DNA of 64,000 bases from Candidatus Peribacteria bacterium (GTDB lineage Bacteria; Patescibacteriota; Gracilibacteria; UBA1369; LOWO2-01-FULL-3): NCBI GenBank assembly GCA_943356465.1, contig CALREX010000004.1:112448-176447 (forward strand). The letters run 5' to 3'. The position numbers were made by a program, and so were the translations under genes. How positions within the stretch are numbered: position 1 is the stretch's first letter; each line of letters opens with the position of its first letter. Below, in pieces: positions 39,421 to 49,421 of the stretch. The notes below the pieces were generated by a model, which saw only the letters and a list, made by a program, of their open reading frames with translations, ran no database searches and was not told the origin of the DNA.

Positions 39421-39681
39421 TTCGGAAATAACCACAGATTAGCAAAAAGCAGGAGGAATATTTCCTAGAACGCATTACGTTCTATTTCGGAAATAGAGGC
39501 AGATACACAAAAAAGAGGAAGGATATTTTTAGGTAACGCATTGCGTTCTATCTCGAAAATAACCACAGATTAGCAAAAAAACAGGAGGAATATTTCCTAG
39601 AACGCATTACGTTCTATTCAGACTTAAGCTTGATTATTCACAAATGAAGTTTAAGTTCTAGGGAATGTTCCTCCTGTTTTT
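39421..39681. repeat. Three tandem 65-66 bp palindrome-containing repeats plus an inverted partial copy (REP-like)
   Basis: Units at 39421-39485, 39486-39551 (diverged) and 39552-39617. Units 1 and 3 end in tagaacgcattacgttctat; unit 2 in taacgcattgcgttctat. 39655-39681 is a near-perfect reverse complement (two mismatches) of aaaaacaggaggaatatttcctagaac. Confidence 0.85.
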
Positions 39682-39697
39682 ATTGAGAATCTAGTGT

Positions 39698-40096
39698 TTA
39701 TTGTAGTTCAACCGAAGCTCCAACTTCCTCAAGTTTCTTTTTGATATCTTGAGCTTCTGCCATTTCAACGTTTTCTTTAACAGCTTTTGGAGCTGCATCA
39801 ACAAGATCCTTAGCCTCTTTAAGACCAAGACCTGTGATTTCACGAACAACTTTGATAACAGAAATTTTCTGTCCACCTGCTCCAGTAAGCATGACTGTTT
39901 TCTTAGCATCTCCAGCATCAGCATCACCGGCTGCTGCACCACCTGCTGCAGGACCTGCAACCATCATTGAAGCTGCTGCGCTAACACCGAATTTTTCTTC
40001 AAGTGCTTTTACAAGGTTTGAAAGTTCAAGAACTGGAAGTGTTTCAACCAATTCCATGATTTTTTGAGCATCCTTGCTTAGTTCTAAATCTGACAT
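39698..40096 (-). CDS. rplL: 50S ribosomal protein L7/L12
   Basis: [35 protein letters not shown]. Confidence 0.98.
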   Translation of the reverse strand: MSDLELSKDAQKIMELVETLPVLELSNLVKALEEKFGVSAAASMMVAGPAAGGAAAGDADAGDAKKTVMLTGAGGQKISVIKVVREITGLGLKEAKDLVDAAPKAVKENVEMAEAQDIKKKLEEVGASVELQ

Positions 40097-40132
40097 ATGT
40101 TTTATAGTTAAAATATTTGATAAATTGATTGC

Positions 40133-40636
40133 TTAAGCTGTTTGTTCTTGTTTGTCTTTAATAGCTTGAAGAACACGAACAAATCCTGAAATAGGAGCGT
40201 TGAATAGATAAACAAGTTTTGTAAGAAGTTCTTGTTTGCTTGGAAGAACAGCAAGCTGTTTAGTTTCCACGACAGACAATACTTTCCCTTCAAAAAGAGA
40301 ACCTCTAAGCTTCAAAGCTTTGTTTTTCTTGGCAAAATCATGAATAATTTTTGCCGCTCCTGCAACTTCTTCTTGTGAAGAAAAAGCAGCTCCAACAGGT
40401 CCTTCCATAACGCTATCAGGAATTTCATCGTATCCTGATTCCTTTGCTGCAAGCTTGATTAGCGTTTTCTTTGCAACATTGAAAGAAACTCCGGCTTCTC
40501 TTAGCTTTGTACGCAAATTTTTAAGATCTTTTACTGAAAGCCCTTGATAGTCAGCGAAAACCACTGCCTTTGCGGACTTGAATTGATTCTGAAGATCAGA
40601 CAGAACCTGCCCTTTTTCACCTTTTGTTTGTGACAT
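40133..40636 (-). CDS. rplJ: 50S ribosomal protein L10
   Basis: VVFADYQGLSV, VAKKTLIKLA, LAVLPSKQELL. Lies upstream of rplL. Confidence 0.96.
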   Translation of the reverse strand: MSQTKGEKGQVLSDLQNQFKSAKAVVFADYQGLSVKDLKNLRTKLREAGVSFNVAKKTLIKLAAKESGYDEIPDSVMEGPVGAAFSSQEEVAGAAKIIHDFAKKNKALKLRGSLFEGKVLSVVETKQLAVLPSKQELLTKLVYLFNAPISGFVRVLQAIKDKQEQTA

Positions 40637-40649
40637 AGTTTTTTAAGAT

Positions 40650-40762
40650 TAAAAAAAATCTCGATTGTCATTAGACTATCGAGAACAAAGAAGTTTAACT
40701 ATCGACTTAAATCTCATTTGTCTCGGCAGGTCTTAATTTGTGCGCCCGCTGTCTATGACTGG
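40650..40762 (-). ncRNA. Ribosomal protein L10 leader (autoregulatory cis-element) with an attenuator hairpin
   Basis: Minus strand TAGACAGCGGGCG…TTAA…CCTGCCGAGA (40721-40755) matches the L10-leader core. Downstream is the hairpin tctcgatagtc-taat-gacaatcgaga followed by T8 (40651-40684), just before rplJ. Confidence 0.85.
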
Positions 40763-40912
40763 AGAAATCTACCATAAAAAGTATAAAAGTCTAACGATTA
40801 AAATTGACAAAAGGGTGAAGATATTTTAAAACAGTAAATCGTGAGGCTGATGTTTTGCCAAGGGCAAATCTTTGGTCTATATTACTTATGCTTAAAAATT
40901 ACTAAAAAAGGA

Positions 40913-41824
40913 ATGTACATCCTTGAAGAAGTAAAAAATTTTGTAAAATCTCACAAAAAACCTCTCATTGTTGTTCTTGGGCCGACTGCTTCCGGGAAAA
41001 CGGATTTATCTTTACATATAGCCCATGCCATAAATGGCGAGATTATTTCAACGGATTCAAGGCAGTTATATAAAGGTTTGGAAATTGGTTCAGATATAAT
41101 TCCGGAAGAGAAACGTGAAGGAGTGCCACACCATATGCTTGGCATATCAGAGCCAAAAAACACGATAACTCTAGCGGAATATCAGGATATGGCGAATGCC
41201 GAAATAAAAAAAATTTTTAAAAGAAAAAACGTGCCTATGCTGGTTGGAGGAACTGGGCTTTATATAAGTGCAATAACAGAGGGATATAAACTCCCTCGAA
41301 TGCAACCTGACGCGAAACTTCGTGAACGTCTTAAAAAACAGGCAGAAAAACATGGAAATAAATATCTCTATAAAAAGTTACAAAAGCTTGATCCTGTAGC
41401 GGCAAAAAAAATTCATCAGAACAATATTATTTACGTCATAAGAGCCATAGAAATAAACATGGTAAAGAAAGAAAATAAAAAAGACAAAAAAATTGATCCA
41501 AAATATGATGTTTTTATGATAGGAATAGATTGGCCAAGAGAAAAATTATACGAAAGGATCGGTTTACGTGTAGATAATCAGCTGAAAAGGGGGCTTATAA
41601 ATGAGGTAAAGGATTTATTGAAAAAGGGGTATAATGATACCCTACCAGCTATATCATCTCTTGGTGCAAAGGAGATTATCCCTTACATAAAAGGAAAATC
41701 ATCTCTGGAGGAATGTACTGAATTACTCAAAAAAAACACAAGAAACTACGCAAAACGACAAATGACATGGTTTAGAAGGTATAAAAATATAAAATGGCTC
41801 AAGCCTGAGGACATAATTAAATAA
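40913..41824 (+). CDS. miaA: tRNA dimethylallyltransferase
   Basis: GPTASGKT, EIISTDSRQLY, VPHHML, VGGTGLY, TRNYAKRQMTWF. Start placed at ATG 40913. Confidence 0.97.
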   Translation: MYILEEVKNFVKSHKKPLIVVLGPTASGKTDLSLHIAHAINGEIISTDSRQLYKGLEIGSDIIPEEKREGVPHHMLGISEPKNTITLAEYQDMANAEIKKIFKRKNVPMLVGGTGLYISAITEGYKLPRMQPDAKLRERLKKQAEKHGNKYLYKKLQKLDPVAAKKIHQNNIIYVIRAIEINMVKKENKKDKKIDPKYDVFMIGIDWPREKLYERIGLRVDNQLKRGLINEVKDLLKKGYNDTLPAISSLGAKEIIPYIKGKSSLEECTELLKKNTRNYAKRQMTWFRRYKNIKWLKPEDIIK

Positions 41825-41831
41825 ACAAAAT

Positions 41832-42218
41832 ATGACAAAAAGAACAATAAAAGATTTGCAAATTCTAACTCGGAAATTGAGATCTGATAAAGGTTGTCCT
41901 TGGGACAAAAAACAAACTATAGAAAGTATGCTGAAATGTTTTTTAGACGAAACACAGGAGGTAAAAGATGCAGTTCGAAAAAAAGATTATAAAAATTTGA
42001 AAGAAGAACTTGGTGATGTGCTTTTTCAAATTTTAATGATTGCACAAATAGCAGAAGAGGAAGGACTTTTTGACATGGATGGTGTTGTAGAGGATATATA
42101 CAAAAAAATTGTATCCAGACATACATGGGTTTTTGGTAAAGACAAGGTAAATACTCCGGAGGAAGCTATTGCACAATGGCAAGAAAACAAAAGGAAAGAA
42201 AAAGATAATCTTAAATAA
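41832..42218 (+). CDS. mazG: Single-domain MazG-family nucleotide pyrophosphohydrolase
   Basis: LRSDKGCPWDKKQT, EELGDVLFQI, KIVSRHTWVFG. Confidence 0.9.
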   Translation: MTKRTIKDLQILTRKLRSDKGCPWDKKQTIESMLKCFLDETQEVKDAVRKKDYKNLKEELGDVLFQILMIAQIAEEEGLFDMDGVVEDIYKKIVSRHTWVFGKDKVNTPEEAIAQWQENKRKEKDNLK

Positions 42219-43880
42219 ATGTCAGTATTCGGCAAAAAATGGATCATAAAAAACTCAAACACTTCTATCAGTACGTTTCAAAAAATACTGGAAAATAGAG
42301 GAATTGTTGATGAAGACGAGAGATTGGAATGGAATGATCCATTTTTATTTTCTGATATGGAAAAAGCGGTAAAAAGAATATTTGATGCGATTGAAAAAAA
42401 AGAAAAAATAATAGTTTTTGGAGATTATGATGTTGATGGAATTACCGGCAGTTTGATTTTGTATAGCACGCTAAAAAAGATGAATGCAGTTGTGTCTTAC
42501 AGGCTTCCAAACAGGCTAAAAGACGGGTATGGGCTTTCAGAAAAATTTGTAGATGAATTTGTAAAGAAAGATATAAATCTGATTATTACAGTGGATTGTG
42601 GCATCTCATGTCGTTTGCAGATTGCAAAGGCAAAAGAAAATAATATAGATGTGATAATTACAGATCATCATACAATACCAAAAGAGGCTCCTGATGCAAT
42701 CGCAATAATCCATCCAAAATATGATGCATCATATCCTTTTAAAGATTTAACAGGATCAGGCGTAGCACTAAAAATGGCTCACGCACTTCTTTTGCGAACA
42801 GACAGTAAAGAATCAATAGAAGAAAAATTGAAAAATTTAGTCGATTTAGCAGCTTTAGGAACAGTAGCAGATTTGGGGCCGATTCGTGGAGAAAATAAAC
42901 TTATAGTAAAAGAAGGCCTAAAATCTCTCACAAATACTGCGTGGCCGGGACTCAAAAAAATATTAAAGCTTTCTGAGACGAAAGAAGATGATGAAATAGA
43001 TGGCAGCACAATAGGTTTCAAAATAGCACCACGTATAAATGCCGCAGGAAGAATAGGTGATCCATATACAGCTATGTCACTTCTTCTTCAGGAAGATGAC
43101 GGTGAAAAAGTGGAAAAATTTGGGAATGAACTCGAAAGTCTGAATATAAAAAGACAAGAAATGACAAAGATAGCGATGGAAGAGGCGGAACAAATATTTT
43201 CAAAGAATGGACTTGAGAACAAGATATTGCTTGCAGAAAGCCAAAATTGGCATGTCGGAATCCTTGGGCTTGTTGCGGGTAGATTAGTTGAAAAATACGC
43301 GAGACCTGTGATTTTAATGCAAGATTTTGGAGATACACTTGTAGGATCGGCAAGAAGTCCGGAATATTTCAATATAGTTGAAGCTCTTACACTTTTTGGC
43401 GATATTCTGCCCTCTTTTGGTGGGCATGCACAGGCAGCTGGATTCAACGTAAAGAAAGAAAATCTGGAAGAATTCAAGACAAAGTTAATATCATATGCAA
43501 ACAAAAAACTTGAAGGTAATGAGCTAAAACCATCTTTAGTAATAGATTGCCCTCTAAATCCAGACGAAATAAGTTTTGAATTTATAGAAAAGATGAATAA
43601 ATTAAAACCCTTCGGAATTGAAAATTTGAGGCCTATATTTATCATGGAGGGACTTGAACCATATTTTATAGATCAAGTTGGAAAAGGAAAAGATCATTTG
43701 AAATTTATGGTGAAAGCAAAAGAAAAAGAAGTGAACGTAATAGGCTTCAAAATGGGGGAATTCATGTCCGCCATGAGACAGCACAAAAAAATAGATTTGG
43801 TCTTTACGATCGAAAAAAATGTTTGGAACGATAAAGAAAAAATTCAATTCAAAGCACTAGACTTCAGAGAAAATAAATAG
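42219..43880 (+). CDS. recJ: Single-stranded DNA exonuclease RecJ
   Basis: GDYDVDG, DGYGL, ITVDCG, TDHH, GTVAD, APRINAAGR, GSARS, GGHAQAAG. Confidence 0.97.
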   Translation: MSVFGKKWIIKNSNTSISTFQKILENRGIVDEDERLEWNDPFLFSDMEKAVKRIFDAIEKKEKIIVFGDYDVDGITGSLILYSTLKKMNAVVSYRLPNRLKDGYGLSEKFVDEFVKKDINLIITVDCGISCRLQIAKAKENNIDVIITDHHTIPKEAPDAIAIIHPKYDASYPFKDLTGSGVALKMAHALLLRTDSKESIEEKLKNLVDLAALGTVADLGPIRGENKLIVKEGLKSLTNTAWPGLKKILKLSETKEDDEIDGSTIGFKIAPRINAAGRIGDPYTAMSLLLQEDDGEKVEKFGNELESLNIKRQEMTKIAMEEAEQIFSKNGLENKILLAESQNWHVGILGLVAGRLVEKYARPVILMQDFGDTLVGSARSPEYFNIVEALTLFGDILPSFGGHAQAAGFNVKKENLEEFKTKLISYANKKLEGNELKPSLVIDCPLNPDEISFEFIEKMNKLKPFGIENLRPIFIMEGLEPYFIDQVGKGKDHLKFMVKAKEKEVNVIGFKMGEFMSAMRQHKKIDLVFTIEKNVWNDKEKIQFKALDFRENK

Positions 43881-43942
43881 CTGGAAATTTTACTACGGGT
43901 CATTTATACTTAGACCCTTTTTAATGTTCCACAATGAAGGTA

Positions 43943-43971
43943 TTGACATACGCAGAAAAATGTTTTAGAAT
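43943..43971 (+). promoter_or_regulatory. Sigma70-type promoter
   Basis: TTGACA(43943-43948)-17 bp-TAGAAT(43966-43971). Confidence 0.75.
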
Positions 43972-43995
43972 GTATAGATTACGATTAAATAAAAA

Positions 43996-45399
43996 ATGAC
44001 GATAAATACACAAAAACAAGTAGTAGAGCTGATAAAAAGAAGCAAAAAAATTCTAATATTGCCTTCAGCTCCTGTTGACGGCGATTCATTAGGAAGCGCT
44101 ATATCATTATATATTGCACTAAAAAAATTACAAAAAGAAGTTACCGTGATATGTAGCGAACATATTCCGGAAGTTTTGCAATTTTTGCCAAATACAAAAA
44201 TTATAAGTAACAAAATGATTTCTTCAGGTGATTTTATAATAACTGTTGATTGCAAAAATATAAAAATAGAAAATATAAAAAGCGAAAATGAGAATGGAAA
44301 AATAAATATTATTGTAACTCCAAAAGACGGAAGATTATCCGAAGAAAATATTTCTTTTTCTTCCGGTGGAATAGATTACGATTTAATAATTACTGTAGAT
44401 ACAGCAGAACTCACACAACTAAGAGATGTATATGAAAAAAATATAGAAATTTTCCATCAGGTCCCTGTCATAAATATTGATCATCATGTTTCAAACTCTC
44501 ATTTTGGAAAATTAAATTTCGTAGATATCATGGCATCTTCAACGACTGAAATGCTACTTCCAATACTTGAGGAACTTTCAGCAGAAGAGAAAATAAATCT
44601 TATAGATGAAGATATAGCTACACTTCTTTTGGCTGGAATAATCACAGATACAGGAAGCTTCCAGAATGCGAATACTACTCCGAAAGCATTTGCACGCGCA
44701 GCACAACTAATATCGTATGGAGCGCGTCAGCAAGAGATAATTCAGCATGTATACAAGACAAAACAACTGAGCCAGCTTAAACTTTGGGGTAGAGTACTTT
44801 CGAAAATACAAATAGATGAAAAACACAGAATAGTTTGGTCTGTGGTTAGTAGACAGGATTTTAAAGATACGGAAAGTTTTGATGATCAAACAGGTGATAT
44901 TATAGATGAATTAATGACAAATGCACCTGGTGCAGAAGTAATATTACTTCTGAAAGAAAAAGAAGATGGCACGGTTTCGGCCAGTGTAAGGACAACAAAT
45001 CCATCTGTAGATGCGGCAAAAATTGCAGAGGCGTTTGGCGGTGGCGGGCATACTCAAGCAGCAGGATTTAGAATTTCAAATATGAATTTAATGGATGCAG
45101 AATACAAAATAATAAATTTTGTGAAAACATTCCAAGAAGACAGATTGGGCGTGATTTCTGAAAGAGAAGAATCAAAAATAATAGATGTTGAAGGACTTAT
45201 AAATCAGGCCAAAGAAGCTGAAAAAGCACAGGAGATAATCAAGACCGCAGTACTTCCAAAAGCTTCATCGGAACAAGAAAAAGAGTCAAAGAAAAAAATA
45301 AAATCCAATGAAAATGAACAATCTTCAAAAAAAGAATTCAATCCAAAAGCACCAAAAGAAAAACCTACTTCCGGTGTAGCATACCGCTTTGAGGATTAA
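43996..45399 (+). CDS. DHH/DHHA1 phosphoesterase (NrnA-like oligoribonuclease/pAp phosphatase)
   Basis: VDGDSLGS, INIDHH, GIITDTGSF, FGGGGHTQAAG. Charged C-terminal tail. Confidence 0.9.
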   Translation: MTINTQKQVVELIKRSKKILILPSAPVDGDSLGSAISLYIALKKLQKEVTVICSEHIPEVLQFLPNTKIISNKMISSGDFIITVDCKNIKIENIKSENENGKINIIVTPKDGRLSEENISFSSGGIDYDLIITVDTAELTQLRDVYEKNIEIFHQVPVINIDHHVSNSHFGKLNFVDIMASSTTEMLLPILEELSAEEKINLIDEDIATLLLAGIITDTGSFQNANTTPKAFARAAQLISYGARQQEIIQHVYKTKQLSQLKLWGRVLSKIQIDEKHRIVWSVVSRQDFKDTESFDDQTGDIIDELMTNAPGAEVILLLKEKEDGTVSASVRTTNPSVDAAKIAEAFGGGGHTQAAGFRISNMNLMDAEYKIINFVKTFQEDRLGVISEREESKIIDVEGLINQAKEAEKAQEIIKTAVLPKASSEQEKESKKKIKSNENEQSSKKEFNPKAPKEKPTSGVAYRFED

Positions 45400-46291
45400 A
45401 AATAAATTGCAGGGGAATGAGTCCGATAGCCCAAATCACTTCATATAAAACGCATAGCAGTGTTGTTGTTTTATTGAAGTATTGGCCGGATAGAACTATG
45501 GAAAAGCCTACGTTGAAATACGCAAAAATAATAATATTTGTAACAATAAAGCTTTTTTGCTTTTTCCATATGGAAAGAATAATGGCAATAACATGTAAAA
45601 TAAAAGAAAATGCCAAAACGAAAATAAACAAAGAATAAGATCTGGCAAGATTCGAAAGAATCAAATTAGCAAAAGGAGCAATAACGCAGATATTAAATAA
45701 AAATAGATGTATAGAGATTATAGGGGCTGATTTTTCTATAACAAAATCAGCAAATTTTGGTAGAAATTTTCTTGATAGAAATGCTAGCAAAAAAGGCAAA
45801 AACACTATTATTCCCAAGAAAATCATCATATGTAAAACATCCAATTGCACATTAACACCGATAGAATATAAAAGGACAAGCGGCAATGTAATCGGAGTAA
45901 TAAGATTTGTTATAACCGAGATAATCATACCAAGTTTTATATTTCCATTTAGAACAAGCAAAAGTCCTGGAGTAGCCATTGCTGAAGGTGTAGCGGCAAG
46001 AAGCATTACGGCGGTTCTGTAATCTTCCGGAATATATCTAAGAAAAACAAAAGCAATCAACGGAATCCCTATCATTTTCATCAGACTGATAAATATGATA
46101 TATGAAGGTTTTTTCAAACTTACAATAATTTCCGACGGTTTTATTTTTAATGCTGAAATATATAAAAGAATTACAAGTCCCAGAGTTATGTACCATCTCA
46201 TTAGCATTGGAATCAAATCTCCATCAACGAAACGACCGACAAAAAGTCCGACAAAAAGTCCGGAGGAAACTACGACTCCAAAATACTTCAT
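45365..46291 (-). CDS. Bile acid:sodium symporter (BASS/ACR3-like) family transporter
   Basis: ~9-10 TM helices. LLAATPSAMA, LNGNIKLG, TNLITPITLP, NVGFSIVL. Confidence 0.82.
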   Translation of the reverse strand: MKYFGVVVSSGLFVGLFVGRFVDGDLIPMLMRWYITLGLVILLYISALKIKPSEIIVSLKKPSYIIFISLMKMIGIPLIAFVFLRYIPEDYRTAVMLLAATPSAMATPGLLLVLNGNIKLGMIISVITNLITPITLPLVLLYSIGVNVQLDVLHMMIFLGIIVFLPFLLAFLSRKFLPKFADFVIEKSAPIISIHLFLFNICVIAPFANLILSNLARSYSLFIFVLAFSFILHVIAIILSIWKKQKSFIVTNIIIFAYFNVGFSIVLSGQYFNKTTTLLCVLYEVIWAIGLIPLQFIFNPQSGMLHRK

Positions 46292-46524
46292 TTGATGGGA
46301 GGTTTAGTTGTAGGGGGTTCAACATTTGGAGCATGATCTGGAAGAATATTGCCATTTGGATTTACAGAAACAGTATTATTATCTGAAACAGTAATATCAA
46401 CACTGGAATATTCCCCTGCATTTTTAACAAGAGAATAAATAAAACTTCCTACAGCAATAGCAATAGCAATCAATGCAGCTGTAATTCCAACTAAATAACC
46501 TTTTGAATAAACTTGTTTTGCCAT
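46288..46524 (-). CDS. Small single-TM membrane protein
   Basis: 78 aa. One TM helix and a Pro-rich tail. 4-bp overlap with the downstream transporter. Confidence 0.6.
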   Translation of the reverse strand: MAKQVYSKGYLVGITAALIAIAIAVGSFIYSLVKNAGEYSSVDITVSDNNTVSVNPNGNILPDHAPNVEPPTTKPPIK

Positions 46525-46548
46525 TTTTTTAATTTAAAAATTTACAAA

Positions 46549-47862
46549 TTAAAACGCACTTGTTTTTCCGTCTCTCTTGTCCAAAATAGTATCACTGTTT
46601 CTTTCATATTTGAAAGTTTTATTAACTTCAGTGCTATAATAATAATCTGTGGGACCAGTACCAACACCGATAGCATCAGTTTCTATAATTGTCTTATCAG
46701 AAAGTTTATCTAGTGCCGCCATCCCTTTTCCTTCAACCAAAATCTTCGCATAAATTTCATTTAAAATATCTGTATAGTCTGCATTTCCAGATGCTGATTC
46801 TTTATATTCAAAAGTCGCAAGCATAGCTTTTATATATTGCTGCAATTTGAATCCCAAAACACCACCACCAAATTCTGTATAAGCCACCAAAACTTTTCCG
46901 GTATTCAGATATACATACCAATCAACAGTCCTTGCATTAGGATATAAAACCTCAATTGCAGAAAGTCCATGAAGTTTAAATTCCGTATATTGTGCTCCAG
47001 GGAAAGCAAGTTTTAAATTTGCAAAATATTGAAGACTTGTCATATTAGCTTCATTTTTATCCAAAGTGACCCAAACTCTCCCTGAATTCGGATAAATTTT
47101 TGCGGGAGAGAATTGCAAGAATTCCTTATCCATTCTGTAAAAAATAACTTCATTTTTATTTTCTATGGCAGTCCATGTTTTATCATCATATTTTATTTGG
47201 AACGGAAGATTTTTCCCTGTAAAAGTTGTCCAGTTTGTATAAAGAGGAAAAGATTCACCATTTTTAGTCACAACAATCATCATACGATAAACAACCTCGG
47301 CAAAAGCTTGGCGCGTCATTGGTTGCTCGGCATGAAGATTGCCATAATCATCGGATAAAACTATATTGTGATCTTTTGCATAAAGCGCATAAATTGCATA
47401 CCAATCATCTTTTGTCGTATCAAGAAACACATTGCTAGTAGGCTTCTCTGGTACTTTGGCATTTCCTGCAATTTCTATAATTTTAAGAGTTTCGGCAAGA
47501 TTGATATTATTTGCAGGTTTGAATTTTCCATCTTTATATCCGGCAAGAAGTCCGGATTCTTTACTTGCCATGACAAAAGGAAAAAACCAATCACTCTTTT
47601 TTACATCAGGGAAAGATCCTTCAAATGTTTTATCATATGGAATATTGAAAGCCTTCACTATCATTTTTGTAGCTTCGGCTCTATTTACAAGTTCATCCGG
47701 CTTGAAAGTCCCATCTTGATAACCGCTTATTATACCTTTATCTACGAGGTATTTGATCGCAACAAAATGTTCATTGTCATTTTTTACGTCTGGAAATCCA
47801 TCGGCAAAGACAACGTTTGAAGAAATCAAAAACAGACAAAAAGAAATCAAAAACTTTTTCAT
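46549..47862 (-). CDS. S-layer homology (SLH) domain protein
   Basis: Signal peptide. Three SLH repeats (FPDV…GIISGYQDGTFKPDELVNRAEA; …GYKDGKFKPANNINLAE; …MTRQAFAEVV). Confidence 0.92.
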   Translation of the reverse strand: MKKFLISFCLFLISSNVVFADGFPDVKNDNEHFVAIKYLVDKGIISGYQDGTFKPDELVNRAEATKMIVKAFNIPYDKTFEGSFPDVKKSDWFFPFVMASKESGLLAGYKDGKFKPANNINLAETLKIIEIAGNAKVPEKPTSNVFLDTTKDDWYAIYALYAKDHNIVLSDDYGNLHAEQPMTRQAFAEVVYRMMIVVTKNGESFPLYTNWTTFTGKNLPFQIKYDDKTWTAIENKNEVIFYRMDKEFLQFSPAKIYPNSGRVWVTLDKNEANMTSLQYFANLKLAFPGAQYTEFKLHGLSAIEVLYPNARTVDWYVYLNTGKVLVAYTEFGGGVLGFKLQQYIKAMLATFEYKESASGNADYTDILNEIYAKILVEGKGMAALDKLSDKTIIETDAIGVGTGPTDYYYSTEVNKTFKYERNSDTILDKRDGKTSAF

Positions 47863-47931
47863 AGGAAACTTTTATTCAAACTAAATATACACCAAATAAA
47901 ACGCAATTCAATCGCTACAGTTACAAAACTT

Positions 47932-49278
47932 CTAAGAATAGATAAGTTCTCCGGGTGTATATCTATCAAGATTTTTTTCTCCGATAAGTTTTACAAGTTT
48001 TGAAACTACGTTTTCCATTTTTACAGTTTCCTGAACTCCTTTTTTCATATCTCTGATTATCGCAACACCTTCACGAACCTCAGTGATTCCAATAATGACA
48101 GAGTAAGGAACTTTAAATTTATCGGCTATTCTAAGCTGTATATTGATAGATCCTTTTCCAAGTGCTCCCATAGTTTTTATTCCGGCTTCTCTCATGTCAT
48201 CTATAAGGTTTAGACATTTTTTCTTTGCCTCATTCCCAAGCTGAGCTACAAAAACATGAAGTTCATCTTTTGAAGGAACGCGTATTTTTTCACGTTTCAT
48301 GTTTGCAATAATCCTTTCGATCCCTGCCGCATATCCAACTGCAGGAGTACTCTGTCCACCCATAAGTTCGATAAGTCCGTCATATCTTCCTCCACCTCCA
48401 ACAGCATTTTGAGCACCCTCGGCTTTATCCCAAAATTCAAAAACTGTCTTTGAATAGTAATCAAGTCCTCGAACAAGTCTCGGATTTTCTATATAAGGAA
48501 TACGCATTTCATCTAGATAACCTTTCAATTCTTCGTGAAACTCAAGGGATTCTTTATCAAGATAATCTTTCATTTGCGGAGCCATTTGTGCCAAAATTTG
48601 GCAATCCTCAGCCTTACAGTCAAGAAGCCTAAGTGGATTTATTCCAAGTCTGACTTTGCAATCCTCGCAAAGAGATCTTTCTTTGCCGGCATAATAATCC
48701 TGCAAAACACTTGAATATTTTTTTCTTGCCTCTGGGGTCCCGATTGTATTTAATTGCAAACTGAAAAAATCAGCAATTCCAAGATCTCCGTGAATTTTGA
48801 TTGCCAACTGAATAAGCTGAGCATCAAGAGCGGGATCACTCTCTCCGATAATTTCAAAACCAAATTGCCAGAATTGTCGATATCTTCCTTTTTGTGGACG
48901 ATCATATCTAAAATGTGGCTCAATATAGAACAAAAGCACAGGTTGTGGCAATTGATTCATGTTATTTTGAATATAACTTCGTACAACAGGTGCAGTACTT
49001 TCAGGCTTAAGCGTAAGACTTCGGCCCTTCTTATCTTCAAAAGTGTACATTTCTTTGGAAACTATATCGCTTCCAGCCCCTATACTGCGTTTAAAAACTT
49101 CTGTAAATTCAAAAATTGGTGTCGTTATACGCCTGAAACCAGCCTGTCTTGCTCTATGTCTTACAACTTTTTTGATATAAGTATAAAAATCCTGATCCGC
49201 AGGCAAAATATCATGCACTCCCTTCGGATTTTGGAATGGCTCGTACTTTTTCTTTGGAATTTCCTCAGGTTTAGACAT
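47932..49278 (-). CDS. hisS: Histidine--tRNA ligase
   Basis: PKGVHD, KEMYTF, FRYDRPQKGRYRQF, LVRGLDYY, GGGRYDGL, GIERI. Confidence 0.98.
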   Translation of the reverse strand: MSKPEEIPKKKYEPFQNPKGVHDILPADQDFYTYIKKVVRHRARQAGFRRITTPIFEFTEVFKRSIGAGSDIVSKEMYTFEDKKGRSLTLKPESTAPVVRSYIQNNMNQLPQPVLLFYIEPHFRYDRPQKGRYRQFWQFGFEIIGESDPALDAQLIQLAIKIHGDLGIADFFSLQLNTIGTPEARKKYSSVLQDYYAGKERSLCEDCKVRLGINPLRLLDCKAEDCQILAQMAPQMKDYLDKESLEFHEELKGYLDEMRIPYIENPRLVRGLDYYSKTVFEFWDKAEGAQNAVGGGGRYDGLIELMGGQSTPAVGYAAGIERIIANMKREKIRVPSKDELHVFVAQLGNEAKKKCLNLIDDMREAGIKTMGALGKGSINIQLRIADKFKVPYSVIIGITEVREGVAIIRDMKKGVQETVKMENVVSKLVKLIGEKNLDRYTPGELIYS

Positions 49279-49421
49279 AAAATAAAAAATTAAGACAATA
49301 GCTGTCTTCTATCTTAACACAATTTATTGATCTTTCAATGCGGAAAATAAAAACAGGATTTTGACAGTGAAATATTGACAGCCTACATCAAAAGTGTGAA
49401 AATACGCTCTAAAATAACGCA

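Noticed and set aside
39421..39617. Possible mini-CRISPR array (65-66 bp period, palindromic core)
   Set aside because: The would-be spacers are not unique (units 1 and 3 are nearly identical throughout), there are only three units, and no cas genes are in the window.
40841..40912. GTG-initiated N-terminal extension of miaA, or a riboswitch around tttgccaagggcaaa
   Set aside because: The extension is not MiaA-like, and the short hairpin lacks the other conserved elements of the c-di-GMP-I or other riboswitches I can recognise.
46236..46262. 12-bp tandem repeat ccgacaaaaagt x2
   Set aside because: In-frame duplication encoding GLFV-GLFV in a TM helix; no sign of independent function.
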